Positions 39,443 to 48,361 of a stretch of DNA of 64,000 nt are shown one piece after another. The DNA is taken from IMG/VR virus record IMGVR_UViG_3300025929_000001, positions 31,418 through 95,417 of that record. One strand, written 5' to 3'. The notes under the pieces were generated by a model. That model did no database searches. It worked only from the letters and a program-made list of their open reading frames with translations, and was not told the origin of the DNA. Numbering within the stretch: the stretch's first letter is position 1; each line of letters begins with the position of its first letter. The stretch comes from a virus. The translations under genes were made by a program, and so were the position numbers.

Positions 39443-39744
39443 TTTGAGTCCCTCATTTGTTTGAGTGCAACTGCATATTGATTCCAGTAGTCGACCGCTT
39501 GCTTCATCCGACTAAAATGGAACTCAGCTGACGGTAAGTATAACAGACAGCCGCAAAACAGATCGCTTGTTTGTGGCCCAAAGCGATCCCCTTGTGTGCA
39601 ACAGACAAGGGTTTCCGTCTTTTCGTGCGGGCCTTCGCTGTAACGGAAAAGCTCTGCTGGAGAGCCACATATCGGACATGCTTCCAATGTCACGCCTTCC
39701 GGTGTAGGGATAGGCTTATAGCAGTCATGCATAGGTGTAGTCAT
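39427..39744 (-). CDS. Lar-like Zn-finger protein
   Basis: LEACPICGSPA...C...C...AV.YWN resembles the restriction-alleviation Lar family pattern. Confidence 0.5.
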   Translation of the reverse strand: MTTPMHDCYKPIPTPEGVTLEACPICGSPAELFRYSEGPHEKTETLVCCTQGDRFGPQTSDLFCGCLLYLPSAEFHFSRMKQAVDYWNQYAVALKQMRDSKCNGS

Positions 39745-40235
39745 TTTGCAGCCTCCTCAGCAATTTCAATTAGACGACGTAACCGTTCCATTGCTTGCGT
39801 CTGGTTGGTGGCACCAAGCAAGTTCCAGAGCGCATGCATAGCGGTAGACGTACTCTGCGCAGCGATGCTGTCGCTCGTGAAGCCCTGCGCCCACTGCGGT
39901 CGCATACTGCGTTCCGTTTCAAGCTGCTGCTCTAGCCTTTTAATTCGACTACGCATAAGCGATATGGTCGCAGGTCGCGTATTTGCATCGGCCAATATGA
40001 CGAAGTTGTCAGCAATTGCATCTAACAACTCATTGCGCGTTGCATCGCGGTTTTCCATCGGGCCTGCACGCATAAGCACGCGCTCGATAACTTCTTTTAA
40101 GTCACTCATGTTTTCTCCTGAACTGGTTGGTGCGAACAAACCTTTGTCTGATTCGCATAAGCTGCAAACAGGCTGCGCACGAATGGTCTGGTCGCCACAT
40201 TCGGTGCACCTAATCCAATCGTACGCATCACTCAC
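39741..40235 (-). CDS. Hypothetical protein (N-terminal CxxC pairs)
   Basis: Coupled ORF. Confidence 0.55.
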   Translation of the reverse strand: MSDAYDWIRCTECGDQTIRAQPVCSLCESDKGLFAPTSSGENMSDLKEVIERVLMRAGPMENRDATRNELLDAIADNFVILADANTRPATISLMRSRIKRLEQQLETERSMRPQWAQGFTSDSIAAQSTSTAMHALWNLLGATNQTQAMERLRRLIEIAEEAAK

Positions 40236-41140
40236 ATGTCCTCCGCGGAACGTATGCTTTTGAAGGTTGGGAAGCGCGGTTTATCTTTCACACCTTTCGG
40301 GAACCGCTTGTAGGTGATGAACTGCTTAAGAATCTTTTCCGGGTGCAGGAAGAGATCCCGTCGCATGTCGTGTGGCATTGCGCCAGCACTGACCACAATA
40401 GGCTCACCTGTCTCTACGTCAGTACAATCCAACGCACCGACCATCCCGTTCGGCACCTTGTTTGCCTTATGCGACGTGCGGAACGTGCGACCTAGCTCAT
40501 TGGTCTGTGCTTCATTGAGATTCTCTTCACCTTCAATGATGCCGTTAACCAATGCTTCCGCATCTTCAAAGTCCTTGATGCGCAAGTAGCTGCCTTGCTT
40601 GACGGTACTTTTACCGTTTTTGTGAGCGCCGTTTAGGTCACGCAGGATTGTCCCCTCGTAACCCATCTCAACCCAGGCAGCATGTTGACGGCGCAACTGC
40701 TCGACGTTCTCAACCACAATAAGCGGGACGACCCGCAGTGTGCCACACTTGCCGGCATTCTGCATGGTATAGACGTGATTGGTAAGCAACGCATGCCGCT
40801 GGCGATATGGTAGCTCGATAATGTCGCTGCGGATAAAGTCGAACGCATGCCACAAGGTGAACGGCGTCCCCTCGATGGTATTTACAGCAGACGACGTCAA
40901 CCGGCATAAGTCCGGGTGCGTTTCGTCTTGAGCTGCAAGCTCGCCGTCGATACCTTCGAACTCTGGCTTGCTGTAAAATTCCGTCGTGTAACGGTTTTTT
41001 AAACGTTTGAGCGTGCGTGCGTACATTTGACCAGCAGGGTTAATTCCTCGCACGCCGTCTATCTTTGGCATCGCACCGATCGGGAAGCGTAGTTTATCTT
41101 CTTCGTAGTTCTCCGCCTTGTGTGGTTTAACGAATGTCAT
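40232..41140 (-). CDS. ATP-dependent DNA ligase
   Basis: KIDGVR, IDGEL, AFD, EG.ILR and PRFP motifs. Confidence 0.93.
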   Translation of the reverse strand: MTFVKPHKAENYEEDKLRFPIGAMPKIDGVRGINPAGQMYARTLKRLKNRYTTEFYSKPEFEGIDGELAAQDETHPDLCRLTSSAVNTIEGTPFTLWHAFDFIRSDIIELPYRQRHALLTNHVYTMQNAGKCGTLRVVPLIVVENVEQLRRQHAAWVEMGYEGTILRDLNGAHKNGKSTVKQGSYLRIKDFEDAEALVNGIIEGEENLNEAQTNELGRTFRTSHKANKVPNGMVGALDCTDVETGEPIVVSAGAMPHDMRRDLFLHPEKILKQFITYKRFPKGVKDKPRFPTFKSIRSAEDM

Positions 41141-41622
41141 GGCTTATCTCCATTTTGGAATGGTTTATTGTCAATCTTACCAGACGCCAAGCTAATATGC
41201 ACGCCGTCGTCGTGTAAGTTTGGACGCGGGTCGTCATCCTCCCGGCGTGCTAGGTTCGGACCCACACCAATGTCACCGCGTACCAATACAGGTGGCGCAG
41301 CATCCTGCTCAGCTTGCAGGCGCCGCGCTTCCTTCAGCTTGCGTTCTTTTAGGACTAGCGGCCCGTAGTGTGCGATCTTCTCGCCGTCGTAAATGCCGTC
41401 AGGTTTGTCACCGGGTTTGCCCAGACCATGAGTGCGCATGTTGGCGCTACGCCAGAGAGCTTTGAACACGTTGAATTCGTAACCGGTAAGACCGAGTGCA
41501 CTTGCGATGTCATCACACTCAGCGCGGTAAGGGTGTTGGTCTGGACGGTTAGGGTGCGTGACGTCGACCAGATAGTAATTCACTTGGCCGCCGTGGGCCA
41601 CTTTGTCTTTCTCGATTGTCAT
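41137..41622 (-). CDS. DUF3310-like hypothetical protein
   Basis: GG.VNYY.V...Y.AEC.DI...L...EFNVFKALWR...YD.EK..HY. Confidence 0.6.
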   Translation of the reverse strand: MTIEKDKVAHGGQVNYYLVDVTHPNRPDQHPYRAECDDIASALGLTGYEFNVFKALWRSANMRTHGLGKPGDKPDGIYDGEKIAHYGPLVLKERKLKEARRLQAEQDAAPPVLVRGDIGVGPNLARREDDDPRPNLHDDGVHISLASGKIDNKPFQNGDKP

Positions 41623-41640
41623 GTCTTTATTCCTGATAAT

Positions 41641-41662
41641 AAAAAAGCCCCTCGCGGGGCTT
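41641..41662 (-). terminator. Intrinsic terminator
   Basis: AAGCCCC-GCGA-GGGGCTT-TTTT on the - strand. Confidence 0.8.
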
Positions 41663-41677
41663 GGTGGGTTCGGTTGA

Positions 41678-42118
41678 TTAAGCAACCGGCGTTGGCGCTG
41701 CTCGCTTTGGGAGAACGATTTCGAGTCCCGGGGTGCCTTCGGAAATTTTCAGCACCGCATCGAATTCCTTGCGTTGCTTTTCGTCGAGCTTGCGGTACTC
41801 CGCAGTAACCACTTCAGGCTTATACCGGATCAGCGCGTCGACCGGTATTTTCTTCTTGCGGAAGTCTGCCAGATGATTGGCGAGCAACGGCGCATCGACA
41901 GTGCGGTTGATGCGGTACTCGCCTTTAAGCACCCATCCAGCGCTCAGCGGGACGCTGTTGACGCCTTCCGTAGGCTGCGTGAAGTTGTAGTTGAAAATCT
42001 TCTTGCGCAACTCCAGCTCACGGGCCTTGAGAGCTTCCAGTTGCTTCGTGGTAGTGAACCACTCGTCCATATCTGCTTGGGTGACGATTGCAACCGGGGT
42101 CTTGATTACTGCGTTCAT
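41678..42118 (-). CDS. Conserved phage replication-module protein
   Basis: AGGAG RBS; coiled coil followed by LIRYKPE...GTP.LEI. Confidence 0.7.
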   Translation of the reverse strand: MNAVIKTPVAIVTQADMDEWFTTTKQLEALKARELELRKKIFNYNFTQPTEGVNSVPLSAGWVLKGEYRINRTVDAPLLANHLADFRKKKIPVDALIRYKPEVVTAEYRKLDEKQRKEFDAVLKISEGTPGLEIVLPKRAAPTPVA

Positions 42119-42145
42119 GGTATTGCTCCTAAATGTGAAGTGTGG

Positions 42146-42688
42146 TTAGTTCCTGCCGCTTGGTAGCGGGTCAAACGCGCCGATTGTTTCAGTTCGCGTT
42201 GCCTGGCGCGTAAGCCCCGCGAGCGCTTCGATCTGCATGCTACCGAGCATAACAGAAATCTTGGGTTCCGGTTTCCAGTAGTTCGGGCCCTTGAGGAACT
42301 TGCCCTCGTCGTCCTTAAGAACTTCGCCGTTGGCGCCGAGCTTGCTGAAGTTGCTTTGCATAATCAGCTGAAGTACCGCATTGTTCGGCAGACCAAACTT
42401 CAGCATCTCGCTGGCGCAGAACACTTGCATGTCGCCGAGCAGGTCAGCTAGCGCGGTCAGCACTTCCAGTTCCGTCGGTGCATTCTCGCCGGTACCCATG
42501 TGACCCGCAAGCTGGATAACGTCGTCGATCTCGTCCAACTCTTTGAGCACGATGCTCTTGAAGTTGCGCAAACGCTGGATTAGCGGCATGCCAATCTTGA
42601 CCGTAGGTGCTTCATTGACCGGTAGCTCGTACATCGTGTTCATGCGGCGGATGTCGGCGCTAAAATCGTAGTTCTTTATATCGTTCAT
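42146..42688 (-). CDS. MazG-like nucleotide pyrophosphohydrolase
   Basis: KE.DE, LADLLGD.QV and SNFSKLG..G.V.KD.EGKFLKGPNYWKP motifs. Confidence 0.8.
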   Translation of the reverse strand: MNDIKNYDFSADIRRMNTMYELPVNEAPTVKIGMPLIQRLRNFKSIVLKELDEIDDVIQLAGHMGTGENAPTELEVLTALADLLGDMQVFCASEMLKFGLPNNAVLQLIMQSNFSKLGANGEVLKDDEGKFLKGPNYWKPEPKISVMLGSMQIEALAGLTRQATRTETIGAFDPLPSGRN

Positions 42689-42728
42689 AGATTGGACTCC
42701 AAGGGGTTAAGGGACGTGCTACCCTGTA

Positions 42729-42756
42729 ATTATAGCATACGCACGTAAATACACAA
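42729..42756 (-). promoter_or_regulatory. Extended -10 sigma70 promoter
   Basis: TTGTGT-16-TATAAT with a TGn extension. Confidence 0.6.
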
Positions 42757-42759
42757 CTG

Positions 42760-45237
42760 CTAATTTTTACGGGCTGACTTAAGTTCCTTCTCTTCGGACG
42801 TAGACAGTGGAAGGTGCACTATGCGGAAGCTTCTACCGTGGAAGTTATAGTTCGTAACGCACTTGTCTTTTGCGTACTCCAACAAGTAACCGGAGTCGAT
42901 AAGCGACTTAATGGTCAGATCCAGCGCACTGTTCGCACCTTGTCTGTGGCCACTAAACGATGTAGTCCGTTGCAAGCTGATTTGCAAGTACTTGCGCGGA
43001 ACGATACCATCACGCCGCATCTGGTCGGTAACTTGATAGCTCTCCGGAATAGGCGACTTCAGGTACTTGGTCAAGACTGAGAGCATTTTCTTTTCACGTG
43101 CGGAGTCACCTGTACCCACGTCACCGGAACTAATGCGACGGCGCATAATTGCAATGTCTGCACGTATGAGGTCCAAAGCCCATTGAACATGGTAAGGTTG
43201 TATGACAGGAGCGACGTAGTTATCGCCCACGGCCAATAGGGCTGCAATGCGGAGCGCTTTGAGATGAGCACGATTCCACATCTGGCGCCAGCCTTCATCG
43301 TCGGTCTTATTAATTTGCTCATCACACTCCCGATCAAAGGCTGCTAGCATTGCATGCGCCGCAGACGAGCGCTCTACTTCCTGATTCGCGAACCTACCGT
43401 TAAGCTGGATAGCTTGCGCTGTTAGACCACACAACGCTTCCAGCAGATATTTATCCGGATGCTTTTGCGGGTTAGGATTAGCGGACGGTCTGTCACCTGC
43501 ATACTCGATTACCGTAAAGCGTGACAGGAAACCATCCTCCATCATGTTCTCGGTAAGCGCTTCGTAGAAGCCGCCTGGTGTAGACTCACCAATCATGCTG
43601 TAGGCTGCACCAGACACGCTAGCTACATTGTTTTCCTTGTTGCTGTACCCGATACCACCAACAATCGAGGCAGGACCAGACTTCTGATACAGGTTCGTCA
43701 TTACTGTGCGCAATGATTGCATCGGACCGTCGCGACCATCCTCGACCGCCAGGCGCTTAAGCTTGCGTCCCCACTCACCGGACACGTTAACGAACGACGG
43801 GTTTGCTGCAACTGCCTTAGACAGTGCAGGGCCCGACGCATAGTCGCTAAAGTCGATGAACTCAATTGCCTTGGGTATGCTGGAATTGACATGCGTCATC
43901 ACGTTAGCGATACCGCTATGCATTGCTTCCTTACCTACCGCTGACCGCGCGACGAGTACGATGTAGAGGTTAAGGCCTGACTGCGGTATAGAAAATGCTT
44001 TGCCACAAATTCCCGCCATGAGTCCGAGGGCACTGACAATCGCCACTTCTCGCACCGGTCGCGGTGCAGTCGAATATATGTACTCAGCGAGCGCGCCAAC
44101 CATACCCGGCGGCCATTCAAGGCTGGACGGTCTTGGGGTATTCTCCTCGTCGTCCGTACCCATACTATCATCTCCGCCTTCGTCAGCATAGGGCGCCGGC
44201 GTAGTAAGCTCCTCGGGGAACGGGATGGGTGTGCGCGGAACGGCGTAGAGGGGTACATTAGATGCTCCTGGAGGTGCGTTATACGCGGGTTGAACTTGCT
44301 GCGCTGGCATAGGTGCGTTTAACTTTGCTACGAGCGCGGCGCTAGTTGCAGCAGCATAGACGTCGACTTCTTCTTCAGACGCTTGGCGTCCCCGGATAAC
44401 AGACAGTATCCGGTTAAGTGCTACGTCGTTCTTTGTAGCCTTAGCACGTTCACCAAGCTTGGTCAGACGGAACATGCGACGGCATTGTTCGTTCGACTTG
44501 CTGTAGAATGCAAATATGGACATCAAGGCCAAGTCTGCTTCTGACTGCGACGGGTAGTCTGTTGTCCAGTTACCGCTACACAGTTGCACGAACTTGTCGC
44601 TGTTGTCAGCTTCCTTAGCACGCTCCCAAATTACTTCGTCGGGCTCTGTTGCTTCAACCTCGACCAGCGCGAACTTCTTTTGGTCGTCCGGCATTCCCTG
44701 CCTAATTTCAGCAACAAGGATATCAAGCAGTTCTTGTCGGGGTTGGATATCGCGCTGGAGATACACATCGCCCGTACAGACGATAAATCGTTCTTGAGAG
44801 TAAACCTCAACACCATCCCGCTTGAGCCCTTCACCGATCTTACCGCGTACCCAGATATGAAATCCTTGTCCGCTAGCAGAGCGTTCAGTATAGCTGTCAA
44901 ATGCGTGGATGATTCGATAAAAACGCTGAATGTGTTCTTCGGGAGTGTGCTTTGTGTGGTCAGGTTCGTTGAACTCATTTTTAATATCCAGATCAATACA
45001 AGTGTACGCGTCTTGTTTGCTTAGGATATAACCAATGCCGGCACCTTCGACGGTAGCAGCAGCTTCAATCGTTGTCTCAATGTCCTTCCAATGGAAACTT
45101 TGTGTAGGGCTGATGTGCATTAGTCCGCGTGGGCTTAAAACGTGCGGAGCTTTCATCTTGCCATACTGATCCGGGCCTGCAACAGCCCAATTCCTACCCC
45201 ACCGGAGTTCTTCCGGTATTTTGTCGTAGTCGACCAT
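42760..45237 (-). CDS. Primase-polymerase (NrS-1-like AEP) fused to a DUF3987-type helicase
   Basis: IDLD, ERS.SG.G.HIW, EVYS..RF and SQSEADLAL motifs; C-terminal ARSAVGKE P-loop and DGFLSRF. Confidence 0.85.
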   Translation of the reverse strand: MVDYDKIPEELRWGRNWAVAGPDQYGKMKAPHVLSPRGLMHISPTQSFHWKDIETTIEAAATVEGAGIGYILSKQDAYTCIDLDIKNEFNEPDHTKHTPEEHIQRFYRIIHAFDSYTERSASGQGFHIWVRGKIGEGLKRDGVEVYSQERFIVCTGDVYLQRDIQPRQELLDILVAEIRQGMPDDQKKFALVEVEATEPDEVIWERAKEADNSDKFVQLCSGNWTTDYPSQSEADLALMSIFAFYSKSNEQCRRMFRLTKLGERAKATKNDVALNRILSVIRGRQASEEEVDVYAAATSAALVAKLNAPMPAQQVQPAYNAPPGASNVPLYAVPRTPIPFPEELTTPAPYADEGGDDSMGTDDEENTPRPSSLEWPPGMVGALAEYIYSTAPRPVREVAIVSALGLMAGICGKAFSIPQSGLNLYIVLVARSAVGKEAMHSGIANVMTHVNSSIPKAIEFIDFSDYASGPALSKAVAANPSFVNVSGEWGRKLKRLAVEDGRDGPMQSLRTVMTNLYQKSGPASIVGGIGYSNKENNVASVSGAAYSMIGESTPGGFYEALTENMMEDGFLSRFTVIEYAGDRPSANPNPQKHPDKYLLEALCGLTAQAIQLNGRFANQEVERSSAAHAMLAAFDRECDEQINKTDDEGWRQMWNRAHLKALRIAALLAVGDNYVAPVIQPYHVQWALDLIRADIAIMRRRISSGDVGTGDSAREKKMLSVLTKYLKSPIPESYQVTDQMRRDGIVPRKYLQISLQRTTSFSGHRQGANSALDLTIKSLIDSGYLLEYAKDKCVTNYNFHGRSFRIVHLPLSTSEEKELKSARKN

Positions 45238-45240
45238 GTG

Positions 45241-45522
45241 TTAGTAACCCCGGCGGAACTTGAGTGCCTGCTTCCAGTTATCGATATACGGCTGGACGGT
45301 CTGTCGTTCCCAAATGAATAGGCGGCCATCATTAACTTCGATAGCTGGCGGTAACTTTCCGGTACGTCTTGCGTTCATCAAGCTGGCGCGGGTAAGACCA
45401 AGGTTCTCCATGATCTCGCTACCAGTGATGTATGTGGCGTCGAATAAAGCCTGTGCTGCGGGAATTTCTACTGAGTTGGAGTTTGCATCTATACTGCCAG
45501 ACGCTTGTGGTGTTTTATCCAT
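45241..45522 (-). CDS. AlpA/Xis-like HTH DNA-binding protein
   Basis: YIT.SEI...LGLTR..L...R.GKLP.AI......IW.R. Confidence 0.7.
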   Translation of the reverse strand: MDKTPQASGSIDANSNSVEIPAAQALFDATYITGSEIMENLGLTRASLMNARRTGKLPPAIEVNDGRLFIWERQTVQPYIDNWKQALKFRRGY

Positions 45523-45562
45523 TGAGTGTCTCAGGGTGCTGTGAACGCTGCGAAAGGTGCTT

Positions 45563-45591
45563 AGTATAATACATGCGTTTACCAATCGCAA
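45563..45591 (-). promoter_or_regulatory. Sigma70-like promoter for the HTH-primase genes
   Basis: TTGCGA-17-TATACT. Confidence 0.65.
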
Positions 45592-45606
45592 CGTTCGTTT
45601 ACATAT

Positions 45607-45831
45607 TTATTTTCCCACCGCAACGTCAGGTTCCTGACTTTGCATCTCTTTGGTATCATCGTACATCATATTTGCGAGCTTTTTAAGATCATCAGAAGCC
45701 GTCTGGCACTCTTTTATCGCGCGTAAGACATCTTCGATGGTCACAAGGTTAGCTTCACGAGTAAGGACTCGTTTAGCTGTTTGGATGCTCTCCAGCGCTA
45801 TCTCGCGCATGCGATTCTCTTTGTTGTTCAT
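45607..45831 (-). CDS. Hypothetical protein
   Basis: ORF in the early operon. Confidence 0.5.
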   Translation of the reverse strand: MNNKENRMREIALESIQTAKRVLTREANLVTIEDVLRAIKECQTASDDLKKLANMMYDDTKEMQSQEPDVAVGK

Positions 45832-46039
45832 TTTTCTTTATGCTTTCTCTTAAGTACTGATACTCGGGCCCAAGTTCAATTACCTCAGTTAAAACCGGAA
45901 TATCATGCTCCATTATCATTTTCGCTTGGGCGTGTAAATATGCCACAATAGCGACACGAATGGCTCGACTTAATACAGGCACACGCTCCACATCCAGGAG
46001 CAGTAGGCACAGTTGTTTCAAGCGGGGCTCAAGCTCCAT
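45773..46039 (-). CDS. Hypothetical protein
   Basis: Start at MELEPR after AGGGA. Confidence 0.45.
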   Translation of the reverse strand: MELEPRLKQLCLLLLDVERVPVLSRAIRVAIVAYLHAQAKMIMEHDIPVLTEVIELGPEYQYLRESIKKNEQQRESHARDSAGEHPNS

Positions 46040-46502
46040 TTTCTTGTCCCTTGCAAGCTGGCCAGAATTCACTATGCGGATTCCAGATGTTACCACACTT
46101 GCAGACCATTTGTTCGCCGACCTGTTCAGCCCGGCATGGAGGTTCTACTTTGACTTTATACGATAGGTTTCCTTCAGAGTTTAAACCGCTGACTTTCCCT
46201 TGACGTATTGTTTGCGCAGCAGCCGCGCCACCTTGGAATGTGGCCAGCTCAGTCTCTAACGACTTAATGCGCTGTGTTTGAATCTGCCCGACGCGACGTT
46301 GCAATGTGACAGCACGCTTGTACTTGCCAACTTCCTGTATGCTGACTACTGCTCCGTCCTGAACGCCTTTCTCGTAGTTCATACGGCATAAGAACTGCAA
46401 GGCGCTTTCGTGACGACTGGCATCATCGTTCCACCCCAATTCACGGGCTGCTTCTACGACTTGGTTGCCTAGCTGCTGGCTAACTGAGTCCACTATTGTC
46501 AT
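46029..46502 (-). CDS. Hypothetical protein
   Basis: GGAG RBS. Confidence 0.55.
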   Translation of the reverse strand: MTIVDSVSQQLGNQVVEAARELGWNDDASRHESALQFLCRMNYEKGVQDGAVVSIQEVGKYKRAVTLQRRVGQIQTQRIKSLETELATFQGGAAAAQTIRQGKVSGLNSEGNLSYKVKVEPPCRAEQVGEQMVCKCGNIWNPHSEFWPACKGQENGA

Positions 46503-46549
46503 TTTTATCTCCGCAAAAAAGGGCGGCTGTTAAGGCCACCCGATGATTA

Positions 46550-46777
46550 TTACTCCGGTTTGGGCGTGTGAGCGTCCCGGATGTGGTCACGTAACCCTGT
46601 CCGTTTGACCTTCTTCTTGCAAGTCGGGCAAATAACCTTATTCGGGACCGCCTGCTTGCTGTGATTGGGTCTGCACTGAGCACAATAGCACGGATACCCT
46701 GGCGGGTTGAGGTTTATCAGCTCACCGCAGCCTTCGCAGAGTGTACCGTCCAGCATCATTTCTGCGACTTCACCCAT
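46550..46777 (-). CDS. Small Zn-finger protein
   Basis: MGE.AEMMLDG.LCEGCG...C.QC...CPTC...H...H. Confidence 0.7.
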   Translation of the reverse strand: MGEVAEMMLDGTLCEGCGELINLNPPGYPCYCAQCRPNHSKQAVPNKVICPTCKKKVKRTGLRDHIRDAHTPKPE

Positions 46778-46952
46778 TTTGCTGACTCCTAGGATTGTAA
46801 GGTTCTACGGGAATAAACTTGAACCCGAGCTGTTCCATCCTTCGCGTACTGACGACGTGTGCACTACCAATACTAAAGACAGAATTTTCATGTACCTCCA
46901 CGATGGAGTCAGAATCCCCAGGCTTGAGCAACCAATAGTAGCCGTCATCCAT
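46770..46952 (-). CDS. Hypothetical protein
   Basis: GGAG RBS; overlapping chain of ORFs. Confidence 0.5.
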   Translation of the reverse strand: MDDGYYWLLKPGDSDSIVEVHENSVFSIGSAHVVSTRRMEQLGFKFIPVEPYNPRSQQNG

Positions 46953-47121
46953 TTTGCTGCTCCCGGGCCCGTGTGAGTTTTTGCACCTTGGCTTCCAACT
47001 TCTCGATTGCGCGTTGGGCTTCTTCGTAATCCACGTAATCGCCTTTAGGCGCGGGTACCATCACTGCATCGGTGCGCATGAACTTATGGCCGATCGTGGG
47101 GTTGTAACGTCTGAGTTTCAT
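46945..47121 (-). CDS. Hypothetical protein
   Basis: AGGAG RBS before MKLRRY; GDYV.YE motif. Confidence 0.6.
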   Translation of the reverse strand: MKLRRYNPTIGHKFMRTDAVMVPAPKGDYVDYEEAQRAIEKLEAKVQKLTRAREQQNG

Positions 47122-47389
47122 CGACTTGCTCCTGTAAAGGTTGGATTGCAAATTCTCCGGTCTTAGAAAGACGCCGCCATTGAAGCTGCGTAACTTCGTC
47201 CGGTACTGATGGATATGGCATGTACGCGTCATAAAACTTATGACTTTCGGACGTCCATATTACTTCTACTATCTTGCGCCCATGGTTGAGCGCAAATACC
47301 CTGCTACCCGGACTTGGCGGCTCGTTGCCAGCAAGCGGGATTAAAGAACATGATTGTGCAACAATGCGCTTTATGATCAGGTCGTTCAT
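47084..47389 (-). CDS. Hypothetical protein
   Basis: ATGA-coupled to radC. Confidence 0.55.
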   Translation of the reverse strand: MNDLIIKRIVAQSCSLIPLAGNEPPSPGSRVFALNHGRKIVEVIWTSESHKFYDAYMPYPSVPDEVTQLQWRRLSKTGEFAIQPLQEQVDETQTLQPHDRP

Positions 47390-47862
47390 ATTTCTCCGTG
47401 ATCTGAAAAAGAATACGTGTGCGTCCCTGCGACAATGACGTGGTCGACAATTGCACAGTTGACTATGCTTAGCGCTTCCTGTAGCTTGCGCGTAAGTTCG
47501 TGATCTGCCAAGCTTGGAGTGGATTCGCCGCTTGGGTGATTGTGGTAGATAACCACATTGTTCGCGTTGTACTTGAGTGCTTCTTTCACAACCTCGCGCG
47601 GATACACGTTTACGTGACCGAGCGTGCCGCGAAATAACAGTACGTCGACTATCAGCTTATTGCGCATGTCCAGGAACAATGCGCCGAAAGCTTCGTAAGG
47701 TAGTTCTGCCAGACGTAACGTCAAATACTTCTTAACGTTATCCGCAGCACCGAGAGCAATCCCGGGCGTGCGTAGCCGGTGTTCCAGTATGCGCAATGCT
47801 TCGTTGATGTAATACTCCTCAAGCAACGGTTGCGATACTGGTTCGGTAGTGGTAGGGTTCAT
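47386..47862 (-). CDS. radC: RadC-like JAB/MPN domain protein
   Basis: E.F..LFLD.RN.L, GTL..V.VYPREV.K.AL, HNHPSG...PS.AD and DHVIV motifs. Confidence 0.9.
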   Translation of the reverse strand: MNPTTTEPVSQPLLEEYYINEALRILEHRLRTPGIALGAADNVKKYLTLRLAELPYEAFGALFLDMRNKLIVDVLLFRGTLGHVNVYPREVVKEALKYNANNVVIYHNHPSGESTPSLADHELTRKLQEALSIVNCAIVDHVIVAGTHTYSFSDHGEI

Positions 47863-48134
47863 ATTTTGCCAATAGGTTTCTTCTCTTTACGCTCGAAAAT
47901 CGATATTGGCATTTTCGGGAACTTTGCTTGCATGGACTTGACAGTTTCAACAAACGCTGCCAAGTTTTGAGATTGCATCCGTTGCATCTTACCGCCAATG
48001 TTCATAACTGCGACATAGGTTATAATCTCGGAGTGGTTGCCCACAATACGACCGAGTGCGCGATCTTCTTTCTCAATCGCTGCGGCAATTGCACGCTGTA
48101 GACCTTGTTGCTCGACTATGGTGGCACCGGACAT
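47859..48134 (-). CDS. Hypothetical protein
   Basis: AGGAGAAATATC-ATG. Confidence 0.6.
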   Translation of the reverse strand: MSGATIVEQQGLQRAIAAAIEKEDRALGRIVGNHSEIITYVAVMNIGGKMQRMQSQNLAAFVETVKSMQAKFPKMPISIFERKEKKPIGKI

Positions 48135-48294
48135 GATATTTCTCCTAAATGAACCTTCTGAACTCCATCTGCTAAACGTGCGTTTATAGCGTTTATTTTA
48201 GCACATAGGGGGTAGGGTGCAAGCGCTTAAATTTGCGTGCGGTAGGGTGTTTAAAACGGGTTAAAAGCGATAGTTTTACGGGGTTAAACCCCAA

Positions 48295-48361
48295 CCAGAC
48301 AGGGTCCGTAAAGACCCTGTTTCGTCTAATTAATAGATGTAATTAATAGACTCATCAGTGG
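48295..48361 (-). ncRNA. Type I hammerhead ribozyme HH-A (cleavage GUC| between 48298 and 48297)
   Basis: CCA-CUGAUGA-[GUCUAUUAAU uacaucu AUUAA u UAGAC]-GAAA-[CAGGGUC uuuacg GACCCUG]-UC|UGG. The core is intact but stem I is short. Confidence 0.85.

Noticed and set aside
45241-45522. Xis-like gene implying a temperate phage or prophage
   Set aside because: No integrase, repressor, att site or host genes are in the window; lifestyle cannot be settled but looks lytic.
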